Origin: Escherichia phage Carena
Direction: 5' to 3' (one strand)
DNA length: 39,283 bases
Sequence record: OR769031.1
Positions 1 through 6,170 of the stretch are shown here, one piece after another. The position numbers and the translations under genes were made by a program. How positions within the stretch are numbered: position 1 is the first letter of the stretch; each line of letters opens with the position of its first letter. Below the pieces are notes generated by a model. It searched no databases. It was given only the letters and a program-made list of their open reading frames with translations, and had not been told where the DNA came from.

Positions 1-207
1 ATGTTGTCTTTAGATTTTAACAACGAGGTAGTGAAGGCTGCTCCGATTGTAGGTACAGGTGTAGCCGACGGTGCTGCCCGTCTGTTCTTCGGACTGTCCC
101 TTAACGAGTGGTTCTATGTAGCCGCAATTGCCTACACAGTGGCTCAAATTGGTGCCAAGGTAGTCGATGTGATTATCAAATGGAAGAAGGAGGGTAAAGA
201 TGTCTAA
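1..207 (+). CDS. 17.5: Class II holin (T7 gp17.5-like), 68 aa
   Basis: ORF starts at window position 1; AAGGAGG at 39272-39278 gives 5-nt spacing across the wrap; hydrophobic core and basic C-terminus; close match to recalled T7 gp17.5 (MLSLDFNNE...AAPIVGTGVAD...). Confidence 0.9.
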   Translation: MLSLDFNNEVVKAAPIVGTGVADGAARLFFGLSLNEWFYVAAIAYTVAQIGAKVVDVIIKWKKEGKDV

Positions 208-469
208 CGATAAATCTTTGATTCAATTCCTTGAGATGCTGGACACTGAGATGGCTCAACGTATGCTTGCTGACTTGCAGAACGATGAACGACGCACACC
301 TCAACTGTACAACGCAATCGGGAAACTATTAGAGCGCCACAAGTTCCAAGTCTCCAAGTTACAGCCAGACCGTAACATCCTTGGTGGACTGGCAGATGGA
401 CTCGAAGAGTACCAGAACTTGGTAGGCTCCGATGGTCTCACTGAAGATGAGAAGTACACGCTTAACTGA
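200..469 (+). CDS. 18: Terminase small subunit / DNA maturation protein A (gp18-like), 89 aa
   Basis: SD GAAGGAGGG upstream of ATG at 200; same length and position as T7 gp18; overlaps holin stop. Confidence 0.85.
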   Translation: MSNDKSLIQFLEMLDTEMAQRMLADLQNDERRTPQLYNAIGKLLERHKFQVSKLQPDRNILGGLADGLEEYQNLVGSDGLTEDEKYTLN

Positions 470-475
470 TGGTAA

Positions 476-517
476 TACTCAAGGCCACTACATCTAGTGG
501 TCTTTATGGATTATCAA
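476..517 (+). promoter_or_regulatory. RNase III-type processing hairpin (R18.5-like)
   Basis: Motif ACTCAAGG...GG(T)CTTTATGGATTA shared with six other intergenic sites in this window (CAAGGTC...GGCCTTT..TGAT); matches T7 RNase III site architecture. Confidence 0.6.
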
Positions 518-567
518 CACAACTCACGGTGACTCTACGTGAAATCTGAGAAATGGGGAGGGTAGTT

Positions 568-1011
568 ATGCTCAAGAATTTAAAGAGCTACGCCATCGCT
601 GTGGCCTTTGCCTTGGGGATGACCCTTGCGTACAACCACGGCTATGACAAGGCTAACACTAAATGGGAACAGGAGGTGCACAATGAGTACGTTAAGAAAG
701 TTGAGGCGACTGCGGATAAACAGGCTGCTCTCAATGAAGTCTCACGACAATACCAAGAAGACCTTGCGGCGCTGGAAGGCAGCACTGATAGGGTCATTAA
801 TGATTTGCGTAACGATGGTAAGCGGCTGCGTGTCAAACTATCAGCCACCTCACGAGAACTCCAAGCTAACGGTGGATGCCTCGTTGATGGTCGAGCCGAA
901 CTTGACGAAGAGTTTAGTAAGCGTCTTATCGGAGTAACTCAAAGAGGGGATGCGTGGATTAAAGCGCTCCAAAATACAATAACTGAAATGCAATCTAAGA
1001 AGGAGAAATAA
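568..1011 (+). CDS. 18.5: Rz-like inner-membrane spanin (i-spanin), 147 aa
   Basis: SD GGGGAGGG 5 nt before ATG at 568 (the 553 ATG lacks an SD); N-terminal TM helix then long charged coiled-coil; similar to recalled T7 gp18.5. Confidence 0.85.
   Translation: MLKNLKSYAIAVAFALGMTLAYNHGYDKANTKWEQEVHNEYVKKVEATADKQAALNEVSRQYQEDLAALEGSTDRVINDLRNDGKRLRVKLSATSRELQANGGCLVDGRAELDEEFSKRLIGVTQRGDAWIKALQNTITEMQSKKEK
683..937 (+). CDS. 18.7: Rz1-like outer-membrane lipoprotein spanin (o-spanin), embedded in +1 frame of Rz, 84 aa
   Basis: AGGAGG 6 nt upstream of ATG at 683; basic n-region, hydrophobic core, lipobox VSGC, proline-rich mature part; begins MSTLR like T7 gp18.7; entirely inside the Rz gene. 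Confidence 0.8.
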   Translation: MSTLRKLRRLRINRLLSMKSHDNTKKTLRRWKAALIGSLMICVTMVSGCVSNYQPPHENSKLTVDASLMVEPNLTKSLVSVLSE

Positions 1012-1012
1012 T

Positions 1013-1240
1013 ATGGCTACTACAAACTCAAGAACCAGCACACTCTGGACCATCAATGGTCGCTCACCAGATAGCCGTGATGTGTATGACCGCAACAATA
1101 TTGGTCTTCGTGTTGGGCGTATCGACATCCCAGCTTCCGTTATGTTCCAACCTAGTGACATCGACGTGGCTGTATCTAAGACCGACACTATCAAGGCTCT
1201 TGAGAAGCGCATCGCTGACTTAGAGAAATCTGCCAAGTAA
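1013..1240 (+). CDS. Hypothetical protein, 75 aa, between spanin and terminase large subunit
   Basis: AGGAG 7 nt upstream of ATG; starts 2 nt after Rz stop; no TM or signal peptide; C-terminal amphipathic/coiled-coil segment (IKALEKRIADLEKSAK). No counterpart at this junction in T7 as I recall it. Confidence 0.6.
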   Translation: MATTNSRTSTLWTINGRSPDSRDVYDRNNIGLRVGRIDIPASVMFQPSDIDVAVSKTDTIKALEKRIADLEKSAK

Positions 1241-1255
1241 CAATAGGAGGCCACA

Positions 1256-3013
1256 ATGTCTACTCAAGCAAACAAGAATGCGCTCATCGTGGCGCAACTT
1301 AAGGGTGACTTCGTGGCCTTCCTGTTCGTCTTATGGAAGGCTCTGAACTTACCTAAACCAACCAAGTGTCAGATTGATATGGCACGTACACTCGCTAACG
1401 GCGACCACAAGAAGTTTATCCTTCAGGCGTTCCGTGGTATCGGCAAGTCCTTTATCACCTGTGCGTTCGTCGTGTGGGTCTTATGGCGTGACCCTCAACT
1501 TAAGGTGCTCATTGTGTCTGCCTCTAAGGAACGTGCGGACGCTAACTCCATCTTCATCAAGAACATCATCGACCTCTTACCGTTCCTCTCTGAGTTGAAA
1601 CCTCGACCGGGACAGCGAGACTCCGTGATTAGCTTCGATGTGGGATTGGCTAAACCAGACCACTCTCCCTCTGTTAAGTCTGTAGGTATCACTGGTCAGT
1701 TGACTGGTAGCCGTGCTGACATCATCATCGCAGATGACGTTGAGGTTCCTGGTAATAGCTCTACGAGTTCTGCCCGTGAGAAGCTCTGGACGTTGGTAAC
1801 TGAGTTTGCTGCACTACTTAAGCCGCTGCCTACCTCTCGTGTTATCTACCTTGGCACACCTCAAACCGAGATGACGCTCTACAAGGAACTTGAGGATAAC
1901 AAAGGGTACAGCACAGTAATCTGGCCAGCACAGTATCCTCGCAATGATGCTGAGGCTCTCTACTATGGGGACCGCTTGGCTCCGATGCTTAAGGCTGAAT
2001 ACGATGAAGGCTATGAGTTACTTCGTGGTCAACCTACTGACCCTGTTCGATTCGACATGGATGACCTCCGTGAACGTGAACTCGAATACGGTAAAGCTGG
2101 CTACACGCTTCAGTTCATGCTTAACCCAAACCTTAGTGATGCCGAGAAGTACCCGCTACGACTCCGTGACGCTATCGTGTGCGCTGTGGACCCTGAACGT
2201 GCCCCATTGTCTTACCAGTGGTTGCCGAACCGTCAGAACCGCAATGAGGAACTCCCTAACGTTGGTCTGAAGGGTGATGACATCCATAGCTTCCATACGT
2301 GCTCTTCTAGAACCGCTGAGTACCAGTCTAAGATTCTCGTCATTGACCCTAGTGGTCGTGGTAAGGATGAGACCGGGTATGCAGTCCTCTACTCACTGAA
2401 CGGTTACATCTACCTGATGGAAGTAGGAGGGTTCCGTGGTGGCTACGATGATGCTACCCTAGAGAAGCTCGCTAAGAAGGCCAAGCAGTGGAAGGTACAG
2501 ACAGTCGTCCATGAGTCCAACTTCGGTGACGGTATGTTCGGTAAGATTTTCTCTCCGATTCTCCTGAAGCACCATAAGTGTGCCTTAGAGGAAATCCGTG
2601 CTAAGGGCATGAAGGAGATGCGAATCTGCGATACTATCGAGCCATTGATGGGTGCACACAAGCTGGTCATTCGTGATGAGGTTATCCGTGAGGACTATCA
2701 GACTGCTCGTGACCTTGATGGGAAACATGATGTCCGCTACAGTGCGTTCTATCAGATGACCCGTATGACCCGTGAGCGAGGCGCTGTGGCACACGATGAC
2801 CGCATTGATGCTATCGCATTGGGTATCGAGTTCCTTCGTGAAGGGATGCTTGTGGATAGCCGTGTAGGTGAAGAAGAGATGACCCTTGAGTTCCTTGAAC
2901 ATCACATGGAGAAACAGACCATTGGTGGTGATGCTATTCATAGCTACGAGGCTGGTGGCGTGGACATCTACTACGAGGATGATGGAGACTCTAGCTGCTT
3001 CATTGAGTGGTAA
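1256..3013 (+). CDS. 19: Terminase large subunit / DNA maturation protein B (gp19), 585 aa
   Basis: SD AGGAGG; near-identical N-terminus to recalled T7 gp19 ([30 protein letters not shown]); ATPase and nuclease regions conserved. Confidence 0.97.
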   Translation: MSTQANKNALIVAQLKGDFVAFLFVLWKALNLPKPTKCQIDMARTLANGDHKKFILQAFRGIGKSFITCAFVVWVLWRDPQLKVLIVSASKERADANSIFIKNIIDLLPFLSELKPRPGQRDSVISFDVGLAKPDHSPSVKSVGITGQLTGSRADIIIADDVEVPGNSSTSSAREKLWTLVTEFAALLKPLPTSRVIYLGTPQTEMTLYKELEDNKGYSTVIWPAQYPRNDAEALYYGDRLAPMLKAEYDEGYELLRGQPTDPVRFDMDDLRERELEYGKAGYTLQFMLNPNLSDAEKYPLRLRDAIVCAVDPERAPLSYQWLPNRQNRNEELPNVGLKGDDIHSFHTCSSRTAEYQSKILVIDPSGRGKDETGYAVLYSLNGYIYLMEVGGFRGGYDDATLEKLAKKAKQWKVQTVVHESNFGDGMFGKIFSPILLKHHKCALEEIRAKGMKEMRICDTIEPLMGAHKLVIRDEVIREDYQTARDLDGKHDVRYSAFYQMTRMTRERGAVAHDDRIDAIALGIEFLREGMLVDSRVGEEEMTLEFLEHHMEKQTIGGDAIHSYEAGGVDIYYEDDGDSSCFIEW

Positions 3014-3100
3014 TAGATAAGTATGCGGGAAAGGTGCATAGGTAAGCACTTAGTACCGCTACGTTACCATTAAGTAACTTACTGATATACATGAAGAAAT

Positions 3101-3123
3101 TAATACGACTCACTATTGGGAAG
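3101..3123 (+). promoter_or_regulatory. Phage RNAP promoter (phiOR-like)
   Basis: TAATACGACTCACTATTGGGAAG; 22/23 identical to T7 class III consensus; same position as T7 phiOR upstream of gene 19.5. Confidence 0.8.
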
Positions 3124-3137
3124 GGCACCCTAAGACA

Positions 3138-3157
3138 ACTTAAAGACACTTAAAGAC
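3138..3157 (+). repeat. Tandem decamer ACTTAAAGAC x2
   Basis: Direct tandem repeat read in the sequence; resembles the short AAAG-containing repeats near T7 genome ends. Confidence 0.5.
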
Positions 3158-3281
3158 TGCATATGCAAAGTGCATACTTAGTGACTAACTCTTAGAGACC
3201 CTTACAGTGAGGGATGATGGTAATAGTAATTACATCCCTAACTATCAGTGTAACCATCAAGTATAACAAGGAGGACGCTCT

Positions 3282-3437
3282 ATGCGCTTACTATCCGTGC
3301 TAAAGACACTGGCAACGCATCGAGTGACTTACAAATTTCTCGTTGTACTTGCTGCTTCCATTGGTCTCGCATCTAGTGCTGAACACATCGGTGAACTGGA
3401 GACTCTGCTTTGTTCTCTACTCACTTGTGTTCCTTAG
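3282..3437 (+). CDS. 19.5: gp19.5-like small protein, 51 aa
   Basis: SD AAGGAGG 7 nt upstream; not in the ORF track (<60 aa); conserved HRVTY.FLVVL motif as in T7 gp19.5; last gene before the genome end. Confidence 0.7.
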   Translation: MRLLSVLKTLATHRVTYKFLVVLAASIGLASSAEHIGELETLLCSLLTCVP

Positions 3438-3465
3438 ACTGCTCATCGGCGCTTAGTGCGCTCTT

Positions 3466-3503
3466 AGTGATTATGGTCGATATACATCTTCCCCATAATC
3501 ACT
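3466..3503. repeat. Perfect 11-bp inverted repeat AGTGATTATGG / CCATAATCACT with 16-nt spacer
   Basis: Read directly; lies in the noncoding terminal region between gene 19.5 and the early promoters. Confidence 0.7.
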
Positions 3504-3521
3504 GAGAGAGAGAGAGAGAGA
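3504..3521. repeat. (GA)9 dinucleotide tract
   Basis: gagagagagagagagaga read directly, immediately after the inverted repeat. Confidence 0.9.
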
Positions 3522-3552
3522 CGCTAACAATGGTCATCTTCTCTTTATGTCT

Positions 3553-3572
3553 ACTATAAGAGACTATAAGAC
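3553..3572 (+). repeat. Tandem decamer ACTATAAGAG / ACTATAAGAC
   Basis: Direct repeat, followed by ACTTAAAGAGAGG; same motif family as 3138-3157. Confidence 0.5.
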
Positions 3573-3611
3573 CACTTAAAGAGAGGCTTTAAGATTATTT
3601 GAGATTGAGTG

Positions 3612-3640
3612 TTGACATTGATAATGGCTTATGAGACTAT
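3612..3640 (+). promoter_or_regulatory. Host sigma70 early promoter (A1-like)
   Basis: TTGACA, 17-nt spacer, GACTAT; first of four evenly spaced TTGAC(A/T) elements upstream of gene 0.3. Confidence 0.55.
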
Positions 3641-3746
3641 AGCAACCGTTGAGAGACACAACGCTATCAACTACCAGACAAGACCGCGAGTTATCTGGTA
3701 ATGCTGAAGGGTCTCAAGTAGTCATCAACCAGACGTAAGAAAGTGG

Positions 3747-3775
3747 TTGACTCAACGAAAGAAACAACGTAGTAT
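3747..3775 (+). promoter_or_regulatory. Host sigma70 early promoter
   Basis: TTGACT, 17-nt spacer, TAGTAT. Confidence 0.7.
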
Positions 3776-3836
3776 AGCAGTCGTCAACAACTGGTCGCCC
3801 TCTGAAACAACATGAGGTGTCACGGTGAGAAAGCAG

Positions 3837-3866
3837 TTGACAAGTAGCAACAACAAGATGTAAGAT
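3837..3866 (+). promoter_or_regulatory. Host sigma70 early promoter (A2-like)
   Basis: TTGACA, 18-nt spacer, TAAGAT; same hexamers as T7 A2. Confidence 0.65.
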
Positions 3867-3996
3867 GTACGACATGCAATAAGAGAGAACGGATAGGAAC
3901 TGCGAAACCTGCCGGATACTCGCCAAGGATGAGGCACTGCTTATTGGAGTATGCAGACACGATAAGCACCACGTTATCTTCTAGTCAAATTAAGTG

Positions 3997-4025
3997 TTGA
4001 CACGGTAACGAAAGCACGATAAGAT
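3997..4025 (+). promoter_or_regulatory. Host sigma70 early promoter (A3-like)
   Basis: TTGACA, 17-nt spacer, TAAGAT; downstream ...GTGAGTCACCACACTGAAAGGTGATGCGGTCTAACGAAACCTGACC matches recalled T7 A3 leader. Confidence 0.7.
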
Positions 4026-4120
4026 GTACCACGAAATGACGGAACAGTGAGTCACCACACTGAAAGGTGATGCGGTCTAACGAAACCTGACCAAAGACGC
4101 TCTTTAACAATCTGGATAAT

Positions 4121-4190
4121 AGCTCTTGAGTGTACCGTATAAGCGAATAACTCAAGGTCGCACTGAAAGCGTGGCCTTTATGATATTCAC
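4121..4190 (+). promoter_or_regulatory. RNase III processing site (R0.3-like)
   Basis: AGCTCTTGAGTG...AACTCAAGGTCGCACTGAAAGCGTGGCCTTTATGATATTCAC; near-identical to recalled T7 R0.3. Confidence 0.7.
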
Positions 4191-4218
4191 TTAACGAACT
4201 AACATGAGGTAACACCAA

Positions 4219-4677
4219 ATGATTTTCACTAAAGAGCCTGCTAACGTCTTCTATGTACTGGTAAGCGCATTCCGTTCCAACCTCGACGATGAGGTGAATA
4301 TGAGTCGCCACCGCCACATGGTAAGCACTTTACGTGCCGCACCGGGTCTTTATGGCTCCGTTGAGTCAACCGATTTGACCGGGTGCTATCGTGAGGCAAT
4401 CGCAAGCGCACCGACTGAGGAAAAAACGGTTCGTGTACGCTGCAAGGACAAGGCGCAGGCACTCAATGTTGCACGCTTAGCTTGCAATGAGTGGGAGCAA
4501 GATTGCGTACTGGTATACAAATCACAGACTCACACGGCTGGTCTGGTGTACGCTAAAGGAATCGACGGTTACAAGGCTGAACGTCTGCCGGGTAGCTTCC
4601 AAGAAGTGCCTAAAGGCGCACCGCTTCAAGGTTGCTTTACGATTGATGAGTTCGGTCGCCGCTGGCAAGTACAGTAA
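4219..4677 (+). CDS. 0.3: Gene 0.3 product, SAM hydrolase (SAMase) type rather than Ocr, 152 aa
   Basis: First early gene; 152 aa, not acidic, unlike the 117-aa acidic Ocr; sequence MIFTKEPA... matches my recollection of T3 gp0.3 (recollection confidence about 0.75). Confidence 0.85.
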   Translation: MIFTKEPANVFYVLVSAFRSNLDDEVNMSRHRHMVSTLRAAPGLYGSVESTDLTGCYREAIASAPTEEKTVRVRCKDKAQALNVARLACNEWEQDCVLVYKSQTHTAGLVYAKGIDGYKAERLPGSFQEVPKGAPLQGCFTIDEFGRRWQVQ

Positions 4678-4680
4678 GTG

Positions 4681-4726
4681 TTAAACTCAAGGTCGCTCCT
4701 AGCGAGTGGCCTTTATGATTATCACT
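4681..4726 (+). promoter_or_regulatory. RNase III processing site (R0.5-like)
   Basis: AAACTCAAGGTCGCTCCTAGCGAGTGGCCTTTATGATTATCAC. Confidence 0.7.
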
Positions 4727-4752
4727 TTGAAACAACGCACGGGATTAATATC

Positions 4753-4890
4753 ATGCTGAAATCTTATGTTATGCCTATCCATACACGCAACGGGGCGACA
4801 GTTTGCACACCTGATGGCTTCGCAATGAAACAACGAATCGAACGCCTTAAGCGTGAACTGCGCACAAATCGCAAGATCAACAATATCTAA
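4753..4890 (+). CDS. 0.6: gp0.6-like small protein, 45 aa
   Basis: Internal ATG of track ORF 4678..4890 placed after the RNase III hairpin; sequence M.K.YVMPIHT.NGATVCTPDGFAMKQRIERLKRELR resembles recalled T7 gp0.6A. Confidence 0.7.
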   Translation: MLKSYVMPIHTRNGATVCTPDGFAMKQRIERLKRELRTNRKINNI

Positions 4891-4999
4891 ATCTAATTAC
4901 ATTTGACACTGGATAATGCACGAAGTGAGCGCTGGCGACATCATGGGCGCTCTCTCTCTCTCCCTCTTAAAGTCAACTAACTAAATAGGACACAATCTA

Positions 5000-6097
5000 A
5001 TGAACTACACCGACATTCAGGCACGTCTGGCAATCATCAAGTCTCTCCCGATTAGTGAACTGGACAAGCGCCAGCCTCTTTTGGTTGCACTTGCTGCTGA
5101 CATCGTGAACGGTGAGACGTGTGATGGTAACGACACCGATGGCTCGAACGGCTTGGAGTATCAGGACTGGTGGCACACATTGGGCGCACTGATGCGTGAT
5201 GCAGGTTTCCGCATGTTGGGTAATGGTCACTTCAGTGCGGCCTACTCGCATGAACTGTTACCGGGTCGAGTCATCAAGGTTGGCTTTAAGAAAGAGGATT
5301 CAGGCGCTGCATACACTGCATTCTGTAGGATGCACCAAGGCCGAGCGGGTATCCCTAACGTCTATCACGTAGCACGTCATGCAGGTTGCTATACGGTCGT
5401 ACTGGACCGCTTAAAAAGCTGTGACCGCGATAATTATGACCATGAGGTATACGCTGACCTCGCACGTTACTTTGTGGAGTCGGATTGCCATGACGCAAGC
5501 GACTTTGCACCGGGTGACTACGAGTTCATTGAGACCTGCCAGCTTATCCGCAAGTTCTTCAAAGGGATTGCATCTTTCGACATGCACAGCGGGAACATTA
5601 TGTTCGATGACAACGATGTCCCGTACATCACTGACCCGGTTAGTTTCTCCCATGACCGTGAACGCGAGGACGGTTTCCCATTAGACCCTGATGCACTGAT
5701 TGCCGAGGTCGAGGCGATAGCTAACGAGCGCATCATTGAACGGTGCCGCAATCGTAAGGCTAAGTGTGACCCTAATGGCACTTACTGGATGAACAAGAAA
5801 GCTAACATGAAACGCCGTAAGCGCAACCGTAAGTTACGTGCCAAGGTAGCTGAACGTGACCGCTTACACTTCATGGCAATCCGTAGGGAACGCGGTGTGA
5901 TTGAGCGTAACGAACGCCGTGCTGAGATGCTCATGGGGTCTGCGTGGCATGACTTCTGGCTGCGTAATGGTAACGCAACGGTACGCAAGATTGACCAAGT
6001 GAATGGCCTCAAGTGGCAACTAGGGGACCGCCTAGCAATCCAAGCGGGTCTACCTCTGAACATCGACAAGGTACTTGACTCTCAACTGCAAGGCTGA
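5000..6097 (+). CDS. 0.7: Ser/Thr protein kinase / host transcription shutoff protein (gp0.7), 365 aa
   Basis: Conserved blocks GFKMLGNGHFSAAYSH, VIKVGFKKEDSGAAYTAFCRM, SFDMHSGNIMF, PYITDPVSFS as in T7 gp0.7. Confidence 0.9.
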   Translation: MNYTDIQARLAIIKSLPISELDKRQPLLVALAADIVNGETCDGNDTDGSNGLEYQDWWHTLGALMRDAGFRMLGNGHFSAAYSHELLPGRVIKVGFKKEDSGAAYTAFCRMHQGRAGIPNVYHVARHAGCYTVVLDRLKSCDRDNYDHEVYADLARYFVESDCHDASDFAPGDYEFIETCQLIRKFFKGIASFDMHSGNIMFDDNDVPYITDPVSFSHDREREDGFPLDPDALIAEVEAIANERIIERCRNRKAKCDPNGTYWMNKKANMKRRKRNRKLRAKVAERDRLHFMAIRRERGVIERNERRAEMLMGSAWHDFWLRNGNATVRKIDQVNGLKWQLGDRLAIQAGLPLNIDKVLDSQLQG

Positions 6098-6103
6098 TAA
6101 GGT

Positions 6104-6148
6104 GTATCTTCAAGGTCGGCACTGACTGCTGGCCTTTATAGATAAACT
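6104..6148 (+). promoter_or_regulatory. RNase III processing site (R1-like)
   Basis: TCTTCAAGGTCGGCACTGACTGCTGGCCTTTATAGATAA. Confidence 0.65.
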
Positions 6149-6170
6149 TTCTTAACAACGTGAGGCAACA

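Noticed and set aside
1374-2270. Out-of-frame + strand ORFs nested in terminase gene 19 (1374..1598, 1944..2270) and similar nested ORFs in other large genes (5421..5684, 18762..19106, 23566..23922, 27423..27635, 28938..29198, 33920..34123, 36818..37033)
   Set aside because: No SD sequences; products are low-complexity Ser/Arg/Leu-rich, typical of alternative-frame noise in GC-balanced coding DNA. T7 has annotated but unproven nested ORFs (19.2, 19.3) of this kind; I see no evidence to call them.
3546-3572. Possible phiOL-like phage promoter (..CTACTATAAGAGA..) upstream of the early promoters
   Set aside because: Shares only the ACTATAAG portion with T7 phiOL; the GACTCAC recognition core is missing, so I treat it as part of the terminal decamer repeats.
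4678-4752. Longer upstream starts given by the ORF track (4678 for gene 0.6; also 553 for Rz, 11348 for 1.6, 12067 for gene 2, 14168 for gene 4, 16072 for 4.3, 19386 for HNH, 20240 for gene 6, 26819 for gene 12)
   Set aside because: The upstream extensions overlap RNase III hairpins or promoters, or lack SD sequences, while downstream ATGs have well-spaced SD sequences and match the N-termini of T7 homologs.
4900-4935. TTGACA hexamer between genes 0.6 and 0.7 suggesting an extra sigma70 promoter
   Set aside because: No acceptable -10 hexamer at 16-18 nt spacing (GATAAT is only 3 nt away); the nearby GAGCGC/GCGCTC inverted repeat has no U-tract, so it is not called as a terminator either.
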